Shown piece after piece: positions 45,889 to 55,146 of a stretch of 64,000 nt of DNA. The notes under the pieces are model-generated. The model ran no database searches. It was not told where the DNA came from and saw nothing but the letters and a program-made list of their open reading frames with translations. Source of the DNA: an uncultured Alphaproteobacteria bacterium (GTDB lineage Bacteria > Pseudomonadota > Alphaproteobacteria > RF32 > CAG-239); contig CAJTMA010000007.1 in assembly GCA_910577205.1 (NCBI GenBank), positions 5,373 to 69,372 of the forward strand, read 5' to 3'. Positions within the stretch are counted from its first letter, which is position 1. Every line of letters begins with the position of its first letter. The position numbers and the translations under genes were made by a program.

Positions 45889-47141
45889 AGTCGCAATGCC
45901 TCCTCTTTCGTAATCATATGGCAAACGTTTGACAGAACGTTCTTTTTGCGTTCAAGGTTATCATTAATCAGTTGTTCCAAATTGGTTTTTACCCAAAAGT
46001 CATAAATGTTTAGTTTACGGGCAATGCCTTTGCTGCTGATGCTGTCCAACCCTTCCACCTTACATTTATAATCAAAAGTCTGTGAAAAATATATAATATT
46101 ATTACACAATTGCATATCTAAACCGAATTTATCAACACCATAAGTGCAAAACATGATATCGGCATGACGCTCAAACTCTTTGATGGCTTTACGCTTGTTG
46201 GATTTGCCGGTTAACTCGACAAATTTGACATCCCCGAAAAATTTACTTTCTTTGAAAAAAGTAATTTCATCTAAAAACTTAATAAAAATAATAACTTTTT
46301 CCCCTCTGGCCAAAATCTGTTTAACCAGCTCCCGCAAGGCTTCCAGCTTGTTTTGTGACAGCGTATACATCCGCTGGAAATTTTGCACAACATCCATAAA
46401 CGCTACCTGTTCCCGCTCTTGCAGAAAGAGATTTTTTTCATCATTATAACTTTCTTCTTCACGCGGTGTCAGTTCAAAATATTGGTTCCTGTGGGTAATT
46501 TCGATTTCTTCTCCGAAATCATACCCCAAGACATAGGGTTTTATGTATTCAAAAAGGCGTTGTTCGTCTTCAGGGCGCGACCACTGCTTTATGACAAGAT
46601 AGTTACTATAGCTGGAAGGCATAAAGATATGACCGAACTGGTTTTCATTCATACGCAAAATCCGCGTATCCAGAAATTCTATTTGCGAATATAAATCAAT
46701 TAATCCCTGTGTCAACGGTATACTGCTCAATATCAGGCGGTAACTGAATTTAGAACTTAAGGAAAGAAGGCGCTGTGTTCGGCCAGCTTCTGTGTTTTTG
46801 ATGGTAATACTTTCGTCTACAACGCAAAAAATTTTAAAATTATGGATTAAATTATAAAGCTCTAGGTACTTCTCATCAGAAACAGACACACTCTCTATTG
46901 AATAAAAATATATGCGGTGGCGGAAAGTGCGGTTGTTCTTTTTAATCTCATTCATATAAGAACGAGTCGCCAGAAATCCTGACGGGGCTATCCAAATAAT
47001 AAAATCAACCTCGTCCAGTTTTTCTTCAACCAAAGCCAAGGCCATTTGAATTTTTTTAACGGCTTGGTTTATGAATAAAATGCCCGATCGCAAATCGCTT
47101 AATTTTTGGTGAGCTGCCATCAATACATCATCTTTTATCAT
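45885..47141 (-). CDS. SNF2-like helicase homologue with degenerate Walker A
   Basis: CVVDESITIKN..AGRTQ, RLILSSIPLTQGLIDLYSQIEFLD, EKVIIFIKF, FGLDMQLCNNIIYFSQTFDY. Confidence 0.8.
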   Translation of the reverse strand: MIKDDVLMAAHQKLSDLRSGILFINQAVKKIQMALALVEEKLDEVDFIIWIAPSGFLATRSYMNEIKKNNRTFRHRIYFYSIESVSVSDEKYLELYNLIHNFKIFCVVDESITIKNTEAGRTQRLLSLSSKFSYRLILSSIPLTQGLIDLYSQIEFLDTRILRMNENQFGHIFMPSSYSNYLVIKQWSRPEDEQRLFEYIKPYVLGYDFGEEIEITHRNQYFELTPREEESYNDEKNLFLQEREQVAFMDVVQNFQRMYTLSQNKLEALRELVKQILARGEKVIIFIKFLDEITFFKESKFFGDVKFVELTGKSNKRKAIKEFERHADIMFCTYGVDKFGLDMQLCNNIIYFSQTFDYKCKVEGLDSISSKGIARKLNIYDFWVKTNLEQLINDNLERKKNVLSNVCHMITKEEALRL

Positions 47142-47233
47142 AGTCGTTTCCTTAAGTTTATTAGTACCTATCTAATATATAATATCACAATAAAAACTTC
47201 CAAGCTTCTCTTAATAGTTGCCAATAGCGTTTT

Positions 47234-47249
47234 TGGCACGGATATTGCA
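47234..47249 (+). promoter_or_regulatory. Sigma54 (RpoN) -24/-12 promoter
   Basis: TGGCAC-GGATA-TTGCA, a consensus match, upstream of flgI. Confidence 0.88.
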
Positions 47250-47288
47250 TATGCTCACACAAGTTTATTGTATTTTTGGTAGGATGTT

Positions 47289-48419
47289 ATGGTTATGACA
47301 ACTCTTTTATTTAAGAAATCTGCGGTGTTCAGCATTGTTTGCGCTATGTGGCTGGGAATAGCACCTTCCGCAGCAGCAAGCTCGCGAATAAAAGATATTG
47401 CCGACTTTGAAGGAGTCAGAGAGAACCAATTGGTCGGTTACGGCCTGGTTGTGGGTTTAAACGGCAGCGGCGATAACATCAAATCCATCAATTTCACCAA
47501 GGAAAGTTTAATCAGTATGCTCGACCAACTTGGCATTAATGCCAGAGATGGGCAGCTGAAGTCCAAAAACATAGCCGCGGTGATGGTTACGGCCAGCCTG
47601 CCGGCTTTTGCCCGTCAAGGCAGCCGGATTGACGTTATGGTCAGCGCTATGGGCGATGCCAAGAGCCTGCAAGGCGGTACTTTGGTTGCCACGCCGCTGG
47701 TCGGTGCCAATGGCGAGGTATATGCTGTTGCGCAAGGGCAAATAGCAACCGGCAGCGTCGCCGCACAGTCCGGCGGCACTTCGGTTACCCGCGGTGTTCC
47801 GACATCGGGAAGAATCGCCAACGGCGCAATTATTGAAAATGAAATTCAATTTGCTTTGGACAGCCTTGATAATATCCGCATTGCCCTGCGCAATCCGGAT
47901 TTCACCACCGCACGCAGAGTATCCGATGCGATTAACGCCATGTTGGGGCAGCCGGCAGCAAAAGCTACTGACCCGGCAACTGTCGACCTGCAAATTCCGC
48001 AGGAATATCAGGACAAGGTGGTTGATTTGATGACAAAAATCGAACAGTTGCAAGTCCAGCCGGATCAGCTAGCCAAAGTTGTCATCGACGAAAGTTCCGG
48101 CATTATCGTTATCGGCAAAGATGTTAAAATTAACAAGCTGGCAATTGCCCAAGGAAACCTGACCATCAAAATTTCTGAAATTCCGTTGGTTTCCCAGCCC
48201 CTACCCTTTACCGGCGGCACAACAATTACCCGTAATGTGACGGCTATTGACATTAATGAAGAGGTTAACAGCAAACTGAGCGTGTTGGATACCGGCGTAA
48301 ATCTGCAGGAACTGGTAGACGGACTGAATGCATTGGGCGTTACCCCGAGGGATTTAATCAGCATTTTGCAAGCGGTTAAGGCCAGCGGCGCATTACAGGC
48401 TGACATAGAGGTTATTTAA
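47289..48419 (+). CDS. flgI: Flagellar P-ring protein
   Basis: SRIKDIA, GVRENQLVGYGLVVGLNGSGD, NPDFTTA, PRDLISILQA. Confidence 0.97.
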   Translation: MVMTTLLFKKSAVFSIVCAMWLGIAPSAAASSRIKDIADFEGVRENQLVGYGLVVGLNGSGDNIKSINFTKESLISMLDQLGINARDGQLKSKNIAAVMVTASLPAFARQGSRIDVMVSAMGDAKSLQGGTLVATPLVGANGEVYAVAQGQIATGSVAAQSGGTSVTRGVPTSGRIANGAIIENEIQFALDSLDNIRIALRNPDFTTARRVSDAINAMLGQPAAKATDPATVDLQIPQEYQDKVVDLMTKIEQLQVQPDQLAKVVIDESSGIIVIGKDVKINKLAIAQGNLTIKISEIPLVSQPLPFTGGTTITRNVTAIDINEEVNSKLSVLDTGVNLQELVDGLNALGVTPRDLISILQAVKASGALQADIEVI

Positions 48420-48420
48420 G

Positions 48421-48783
48421 ATGGAAAACGCGCAGATTAACAGTTTTGACACGGCGGCGTTGGCTTTATATCAAAAGCCGAATACGTCACTGACGGGAAA
48501 GAAAACGGTCAGTCAGGAAGAAGCAGAAAAGGCAGCTAAAGACTTTGAGGCTTTTTTCATCAGCCGAATGATGGAAACAATGTTTGAAGGGATTTCCACA
48601 GACGGAATGTTTGGCGGCGGTCAGGCGGAAAAAGTTTACCGCTCGCTATTGATTAACGAATATGGCAAAGCTATGGCCAAAACCGGAAGCATCGGTGTTG
48701 CCGACGAGGTTATGCGTTCAATTATCGAAATGCAGGAAATGGCTTCGCAAGGCTATATCAACGGTACTAATGCAAGACAGTGA
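48421..48783 (+). CDS. flgJ: Rod-binding protein (single-domain FlgJ)
   Basis: AKDFEAFF, FGGGQAEKVYRSLL, IGVAD; follows flgI. Confidence 0.85.
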   Translation: MENAQINSFDTAALALYQKPNTSLTGKKTVSQEEAEKAAKDFEAFFISRMMETMFEGISTDGMFGGGQAEKVYRSLLINEYGKAMAKTGSIGVADEVMRSIIEMQEMASQGYINGTNARQ

Positions 48784-48791
48784 GGTGTGAG

Positions 48792-49247
48792 ATGGAACAT
48801 TCAGGACAACAGATTGATGTTCAGCAGAAGATAAGCGATTATCAGGAAATTATCCATACTTTTGCCGCTCTGCTGCAAGAAGAAAATCAGGCTTTACGCG
48901 ATTATGACGTTGTGAGCGTCAGCGAACTGTATGAGCAAAAAGCACAGATTGTAACCGTTTATCGCAATTTGGTAGCTTTTTTCATCAAACATCAGGAAAT
49001 TTTGGCATCTATGGAAAGTACAGCCAAAGCCAATCTGAAAGAAGCCTCTCTGAAGCTTGATGCCCTGCTTCAGGAAAATAACTTATTATTACAAACCAGA
49101 ATGGAAACCAGCAAATCGGTTATCGGCACGATTGTCAATGTTGCCAAGATGACAACGAAATCCAATTCGACATCTTATGGCGCGCAGGGGCAGTTCTCGC
49201 CGCTTGATAACCAACACAGCGCGCTGGCCGTCAACAGAACTTTATAG
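48792..49247 (+). CDS. FlgN-like flagellar chaperone
   Basis: Helical, LLQEENQAL...K motif, located between flgJ and flgK; probable start at 48792. Confidence 0.6.
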   Translation: MEHSGQQIDVQQKISDYQEIIHTFAALLQEENQALRDYDVVSVSELYEQKAQIVTVYRNLVAFFIKHQEILASMESTAKANLKEASLKLDALLQENNLLLQTRMETSKSVIGTIVNVAKMTTKSNSTSYGAQGQFSPLDNQHSALAVNRTL

Positions 49248-49257
49248 GAGTTGAATC

Positions 49258-51450
49258 ATGGTAATGCTCTCAGGATTACAGACCGCCCTCAGCGGCATGA
49301 AAGTTGCCCAAAACCAGATGGATATCATCGGGCGCAATCTGGCTAATATTGATACTGTCGGCTATACGCGCAAGACTGCACTGCAAAGCAATGTTGTTTT
49401 GGGCGGACAAAGTGCCGGCGTGCAAATCGGCGATATTACCCGCACGGTCAATGAAGGGCTGCTTAAAAGCTATCTGGCCTCCAACAGCACAACCGGCAAT
49501 CTTAATGCCAAGCAGCAATACCTCGGTAAAACCGAAACATTGCTGGGCACGCCGCAGGGGAACAACTCCATTGCCGCTAACGTCGGCAATCTGCAATCGG
49601 CATTTGAATCTTTCGCTTCAGATGTTACTTCGGCAACCAGCCGTTATAATTTGCTAAATAATGCGGATACCGTTGCTTCCCGTTTGAATTCGCTGACAAC
49701 GGAAATTCAGAAATTGCGCGGCGATGCTGACCTCAATATCAGCGAGGCTTGCGATCAGGTTAATGACTATCTTGATAAATTACAGGCTCTTAACGACCAG
49801 ATTGTCAAATATAAGGTTTTGGGCTACGAAGGCGTTGCCGATTTGGAAGATCAGCGCGACCAGGCATTGCGCGAATTGAGCGGACTTATGGACATCTCCT
49901 ATTTTAAGCGGGAAACCGGTGAAATCGTTATTCAGACGACTAACGGTGTCACACTGCTTGACCGTTATCCGCATCATTTGTCACATAATGCCGTGGCACA
50001 AGCCAGCCCGACAACGTCTTATGCCGGCGGCGGCATTGGCGGCATTTATGTTGACGGCGAAGATATTACTTCTCAAATTCGTGATGGCGAAATCAAAGGC
50101 TTGATTGATATTCGCGACAACCAGCTTACGTCGTTGCAGAGCCAATTAAATGAATTGGCCTCAACCTTAAAGGAAAGCATCAACCAAATTCATAACCGTG
50201 GGACGTCTTTCCCCAATGCACCGTCAGAAATGACCGGGACAAGACGGTTTATTGATCCGGCAAACCAAAATATTCAGATTTCTAACGGCGATGTACGCTT
50301 TACAATTTTTGACTCTGAAGGCAAACAGGTTGCGACAACCACCCTGCTCGGCGGATTAGGTTTTCCTGATGCCGGCGGCAGCGTCACCGACATGGTCAGC
50401 CGTATTAACGACTGGCTGACTTCTGCTGATGGAGCTAATCTGCCGCAAGCTTATGCCGAAATCAACAAAGACGGACAGGTTGTTATTAATACTGGGGACA
50501 GTAATTATTCTTTCTCCATTCGCGATGAGGCTTCTTCAACGCCGGGCAGCGCCCAGCAGGATGTTTCCATCAAGTTTGATGTTAACGGCGATGGCGCATT
50601 TGACCGTTCATTTGAGGGATTTTCTTATTTCTTTGGAATGAATGACTTTTTCACAAACACCACAAATGAGCATATTTATGATTCCAAGGTGATGAGCAAA
50701 AACGCCAATTTGGGTGTAAGGGAAAAAATTACCCTGAACTTTGCTACCGGCAACAATCCGGCTCTGGGTTCTATTACCATTAACACCAATGACAGCCTGC
50801 AGGATATTGTTAACAAAATTAACAGCGATGAGGCTCTTAATGCCCAAATTAAAGCTTCGCTCGTGCCTAACGGCAACGGTTATGTGTTGCAGATTAATAA
50901 TACCTCGGGCGAACAGCTGGAAATCAGCGAAGCCGTTAACCCGGCCAGCGGCACGACCAGCGGCTTTTTGGAGCGTATCGGGCTGCACCCGTCTAATGCT
51001 GACAGTGCCGGTTCTTTGAAAGTTCGCGATGATTTGATGAGCAATCCTTCCGGGATTGCGTCAGGTACGCCTGAGTTTAATCCCAATTCCGGCGTATATC
51101 AGCTTAATCCGGCAGCCAATGACATCGCCAATGCCATGGCTAAAGTATTCAGCGAATCTCAAGATTTCGGACAAGCAGGGACTATTGCCAAAACCAGCAC
51201 CACTCTGGCAAATTATGCGGCAACCTTTGTCGGCGCTATCGCGACAGAAGCCAACAGCGCAGAAGCTAATCTGGGATATCAGCAAGAACTGACAAACTCG
51301 ATTTCGCTAAAAGAAGCTAAATTAAGCGGTGTCGACCGTGATGAAGAATTAGCGCAGCTGATTGTCTTTCAACAGAGCTATGCGGCCTGCGCCCAAACTT
51401 TTACAGCGTCCAAAGAAATGCTGGATATGCTGTTGAATATGGTTAACTAG
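49258..51450 (+). CDS. flgK: Flagellar hook-associated protein FlgK
   Basis: NLANIDTVGYTRK, LEDQRD, SGVDRDEELAQLIVFQQSYAA. Confidence 0.93.
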   Translation: MVMLSGLQTALSGMKVAQNQMDIIGRNLANIDTVGYTRKTALQSNVVLGGQSAGVQIGDITRTVNEGLLKSYLASNSTTGNLNAKQQYLGKTETLLGTPQGNNSIAANVGNLQSAFESFASDVTSATSRYNLLNNADTVASRLNSLTTEIQKLRGDADLNISEACDQVNDYLDKLQALNDQIVKYKVLGYEGVADLEDQRDQALRELSGLMDISYFKRETGEIVIQTTNGVTLLDRYPHHLSHNAVAQASPTTSYAGGGIGGIYVDGEDITSQIRDGEIKGLIDIRDNQLTSLQSQLNELASTLKESINQIHNRGTSFPNAPSEMTGTRRFIDPANQNIQISNGDVRFTIFDSEGKQVATTTLLGGLGFPDAGGSVTDMVSRINDWLTSADGANLPQAYAEINKDGQVVINTGDSNYSFSIRDEASSTPGSAQQDVSIKFDVNGDGAFDRSFEGFSYFFGMNDFFTNTTNEHIYDSKVMSKNANLGVREKITLNFATGNNPALGSITINTNDSLQDIVNKINSDEALNAQIKASLVPNGNGYVLQINNTSGEQLEISEAVNPASGTTSGFLERIGLHPSNADSAGSLKVRDDLMSNPSGIASGTPEFNPNSGVYQLNPAANDIANAMAKVFSESQDFGQAGTIAKTSTTLANYAATFVGAIATEANSAEANLGYQQELTNSISLKEAKLSGVDRDEELAQLIVFQQSYAACAQTFTASKEMLDMLLNMVN

Positions 51451-51462
51451 GAGGACTGAATT

Positions 51463-53367
51463 ATGCGTGTACCTACTTATGCAACTTATATGAATATGGC
51501 CAATGCAACGATTAAGAATAAAAACATGGTCGATTTATACAGTTTTCAGTCCATCACCGGCCTGAAATCAATGAACTATTCCGGTTACGGCATGAGCGCA
51601 TCCAGTATCGTTTCGCTGGAAGCTTCGCTGGGCGTAACCAATACTTTTATGGAAAACAACAAAATTACCAATGTTGAAATCAAAACCATGAATACATCTA
51701 TGGATGCTATTCAAAAAGCGATTAATGATTTCAAAAGCACATTAACCAATGCCAGCGGTATGGATTTGGACAAGATTACACCGGATTATACCGGCGGAGA
51801 AATCTCTTTTACCAATAATAATACGGCTGATTATCTCGGCAAAACCATTACCGTCAACGGCACTCAATATACATTTGCCAACGACGGAACAGGCAACAAT
51901 ATCGACATCAGCGGCGCAGCTAATGCCCAAGATGTTATGGCTGCTCTGAAAAATAAACTGCCGGCCAATGTTGACTTCAAGTTTGAAGACAACAAGTTCT
52001 CTTTTCCGCTGTATACGATTGATGGTACTTCCAGCGTATTAAATGTGGACGGTGTCAAAACCGGCGAACCGCATACCATGAGCGGCGACCAATACCGCGA
52101 AATGCAGCAACTGCAAGCGCAGGCATTTTCTGCGCTCAAAATGCTGGTGGACAGCCTAAATACCTTTGCCAACGGCAAATATCTGTTTGGCGGCGGCGTT
52201 TCCAATGAACCACCGGTGAACTTCCCGTTTAAAACGCTTGATGAATTTCAGGCTTATTATGACGGCATGAACATCAAATATCCGTCTAATGCCAGCGCAG
52301 ATTTATCTAACTTTTCGATTAACGCGGAAAACACCGGAGATATATCCCTGAAATTAAACGGTTCAAACACCAATCAGGGAACGATTACCGCAGCTAAGGA
52401 CGGCGGCTTTTTGAAACCGGCAATTACAGCCAATGCAAAAACAACCGGCAAAGTGACATTTAACAGTGACAAAAACACTGTTAACGCGACAGAATATGGC
52501 GCTTTTAACACCTTCAGCCCCGGAGATACCGTGGTAATGGGCGGCGATGCGGCGGGAGCCAATGCCAAAGCCTATATTGTCAAATCAGTTTCTGCTGACG
52601 GTAAAACCGTGACCTTTGAGGAATCAACTCCGGTGATGACAGATGATGTGATTACGCCGGATAATGATGTGACTTTCAGCAAATCTTTCCCTGTCGGATC
52701 TGTAATTAACATGAACGGCTTCGGCAATAGCAATTTGGCAGGACAAGTTCAGGTTACAGGTATCAGCGATGACGGTACAGAACTATACGTCACGGTTGAT
52801 CCGGCTCGTTTCCCCGATATGACTATTCCGGCTTCCAGCTCTTGGAGCTTGTCAAATGAATCTTATTATCATGGCGGCGATTTGAGCTCAGAAAAACGGA
52901 TTTCCGAAAACCAGTCATTGACCTTTGATGTCAACGCCAATGACCCGGCATTTGAAAAGCTGTTCCGGGCATTAGGCTCTATTGCGCAGGGAAATCTGGT
53001 AGATACCCGCAATCCGGCAGACGAAATGATTGGCACTATCAACCAAGAAAGCGCCTTGGACAGGATTAACGAGGCTCTGGACCTGGTCAGCGATGCCTTG
53101 TTTAATGCCGGGCAAAATTCGACAGTTAAAAATGCAGATATTTATACGGTGTCGGCGAAGATTAATGCCAACTATGTGGTTCTGAACCAGACGACAGAGA
53201 ATCAGACAAATATTGCAGCCAATCTTCAGAATAACATTACCTCTCTGAAAAATGTCGATAAAACCGAAGCAGGCGTTAAGCTGCTGCTGGCCTCGCAAAA
53301 TCTGGAAGCCTCTTATGCGGTTTTGCAACAGGCCATGAGTTTAAGTCTGCTGAATTATTTGAAATAG
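51463..53367 (+). CDS. flgL: Flagellar hook-associated protein FlgL (flagellin-like)
   Basis: MRVPT, NGKYLFGG, C-terminal NVDKTEA...LEASY...LSLLNYLK; follows flgK. Confidence 0.85.
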   Translation: MRVPTYATYMNMANATIKNKNMVDLYSFQSITGLKSMNYSGYGMSASSIVSLEASLGVTNTFMENNKITNVEIKTMNTSMDAIQKAINDFKSTLTNASGMDLDKITPDYTGGEISFTNNNTADYLGKTITVNGTQYTFANDGTGNNIDISGAANAQDVMAALKNKLPANVDFKFEDNKFSFPLYTIDGTSSVLNVDGVKTGEPHTMSGDQYREMQQLQAQAFSALKMLVDSLNTFANGKYLFGGGVSNEPPVNFPFKTLDEFQAYYDGMNIKYPSNASADLSNFSINAENTGDISLKLNGSNTNQGTITAAKDGGFLKPAITANAKTTGKVTFNSDKNTVNATEYGAFNTFSPGDTVVMGGDAAGANAKAYIVKSVSADGKTVTFEESTPVMTDDVITPDNDVTFSKSFPVGSVINMNGFGNSNLAGQVQVTGISDDGTELYVTVDPARFPDMTIPASSSWSLSNESYYHGGDLSSEKRISENQSLTFDVNANDPAFEKLFRALGSIAQGNLVDTRNPADEMIGTINQESALDRINEALDLVSDALFNAGQNSTVKNADIYTVSAKINANYVVLNQTTENQTNIAANLQNNITSLKNVDKTEAGVKLLLASQNLEASYAVLQQAMSLSLLNYLK

Positions 53368-53369
53368 CC

Positions 53370-53399
53370 AAAGCCCGGGAAATTCCCGGGCTTTTTTTT
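53370..53399. terminator. Bidirectional terminator between flgL and Cys-rich gene B
   Basis: AAAGCCCGGGAA-A-TTCCCGGGCTTTTTTTT. Confidence 0.8.
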
Positions 53400-53405
53400 C
53401 GACAG

Positions 53406-54956
53406 CTAGTATTTTATCATTGGAAGGACATGACTTGAGTACATACTTTTAAACAGTTCAGATGTTTCTCCCATTTTCATATTGAAATTACAATAATAAT
53501 TATATTTGCTATTGTTGTGATTAGAGGACATATAGCCGTTCATATAGTCATCAAAAACAATATCTTGGGCTTCTGGTATTAACTTTAAGGTGTTTTTGGT
53601 TGTTTCCTTATTGTTGTAGAATATTTGCAATTCATGGAGGCTTGGCACAAACCAATTTCCTTTGCTGCACCAACTGCCGGAGGAGCATCCCTTTGCCGGC
53701 TGATAATTGTTGGCAAATTCGGCGGCATTAAAGGTTAAACCACTTGTTTTTCCATAAGCCAGTATTTTTGCTGTATTGTCTTTGCCGCTGGAGGCAACGC
53801 AAGAAACGCTGCATTCGGGGCAATCTTCTAAGCCCGGAATATCCTTATAATCGCCCCATACTCGGCGCGCACTTCCACATAAATATAAACAATGTTTTAT
53901 AGCTCTTTCTTCTGTAACACCTTTCTTATTTTGCTCATAGCAATTGTCAAATGTTGTTTGGTCATATGAGTAATAATTAATCGCAGCGGCAATTCTAAGG
54001 TTTGCATCAACCACAACCCCGATGGCAATTTTATTGGGCAGATATTGGCTGGATGTTGTGCGGTCGGAATAAAGGATTAAGCCCGGTTTGATACATTTGT
54101 CATACTTCCCGCCACAGGAATTACCTGCCAGCTGATTGCCTCCGGTGCAGTTTGAAGAATCATACTTATACTTCGACGTGTCGCAGCACTCCTTGCAGGT
54201 GTCAAACTTTTTGACCGTGCCGCTCCAACAGGTCTTAGCGCCGGTCGCCCCGCCGCAGTCGCAAGTCTTGAAGCCATCGCAAGGCGCTTCGCTGCGTTTG
54301 TATTTCATTGTGCCGCAGGAGTTACAGACTTCACCCGGGACATACCCCTGCGCCGAAGCTTGTGCTGAGGTATAGGCAAACCCCGCGCAGGGATTACACA
54401 CGCAGGTCTTGTATTTACTGTCATAAGGGCAAGCTCTGTCCCCGATTTTACCGACCTCACAACTGGAGGCATATCCGGCATCTTGACAAGCCCGGGCATT
54501 ATCGGTTTCACAGGATTTATATAAGGTTGAGCTGTGCGGACATTTGCCGGACAGGTATTTAGGCAAAGTACAGGAAGTTACGTTATATCCATTGCCGCGA
54601 CACCAGGTGTTCGGGTCAATACATTCTTTAACAAAGGAGCTATCCTCGGTACAGGCTTCACCGGGAATATATCCGGCAGGGCAGCCTTTATGCAGATAGC
54701 CTCGTGATTTGCACAAGTCACCGGGATTAAACTCTTGTCCGCCGGGATTGCCGCCGCCAAATTTTAATCCGCCGTCATTAGTGATAAAATGCACTGCCGC
54801 TAATTTAAGAAATTGTGCAGGCTTCGATTCAAAGGCTTGGTTTTGGCTTGTGTCTACGAGGGAGGCATATGCCGAAGATAAGGAAGCGAAAGCAGCCTGC
54901 GGCAGAACTAAGGAGAATGCCGAAGACCATAACAAAGATTTGCTGATTATTTTCAT
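53406..54956 (-). CDS. Secreted Cys-rich repeat protein with variable C-terminal domain (paralog B, 516 aa)
   Basis: N-terminal ~290 aa nearly identical to paralog A; diverged C-terminus with GKDNTAKILA, WFVPSLHEL, YMSS. Confidence 0.85.
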   Translation of the reverse strand: MKIISKSLLWSSAFSLVLPQAAFASLSSAYASLVDTSQNQAFESKPAQFLKLAAVHFITNDGGLKFGGGNPGGQEFNPGDLCKSRGYLHKGCPAGYIPGEACTEDSSFVKECIDPNTWCRGNGYNVTSCTLPKYLSGKCPHSSTLYKSCETDNARACQDAGYASSCEVGKIGDRACPYDSKYKTCVCNPCAGFAYTSAQASAQGYVPGEVCNSCGTMKYKRSEAPCDGFKTCDCGGATGAKTCWSGTVKKFDTCKECCDTSKYKYDSSNCTGGNQLAGNSCGGKYDKCIKPGLILYSDRTTSSQYLPNKIAIGVVVDANLRIAAAINYYSYDQTTFDNCYEQNKKGVTEERAIKHCLYLCGSARRVWGDYKDIPGLEDCPECSVSCVASSGKDNTAKILAYGKTSGLTFNAAEFANNYQPAKGCSSGSWCSKGNWFVPSLHELQIFYNNKETTKNTLKLIPEAQDIVFDDYMNGYMSSNHNNSKYNYYCNFNMKMGETSELFKSMYSSHVLPMIKY

Positions 54957-55084
54957 AATACACCTCACAAATATAACTGAATCAAAGCCTGAATGTAGAA
55001 TAGCACACTGAAAGCAATCTGTCAATCATTAATGAGGGGCGATTTTTTATTGGTCTAAAGAGGATAGATAATTAGGTGATAAAA
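54098..55084 (-). repeat. ~1-kb near-identical repeat, copy B
   Basis: Reverse complement matches 15553-16538. Confidence 0.95.
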
Positions 55085-55146
55085 TTACACGGCAGATTGT
55101 GCTTCTGCCGTGTAAATATATTTATCAGAATTGCAAAGCGCCGTTT

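Noticed and set aside
45196..46005. 269-aa + strand ORF, and similar long antisense ORFs at 60012-61607
   Set aside because: Antisense shadows of well-supported genes (ibrA-like, glgB).
15553..55084. Complete diversity-generating retroelement
   Set aside because: No reverse transcriptase and no adenine-specific TR/VR pair in the window; the near-identical part is the 5' stalk, not the 3' end.
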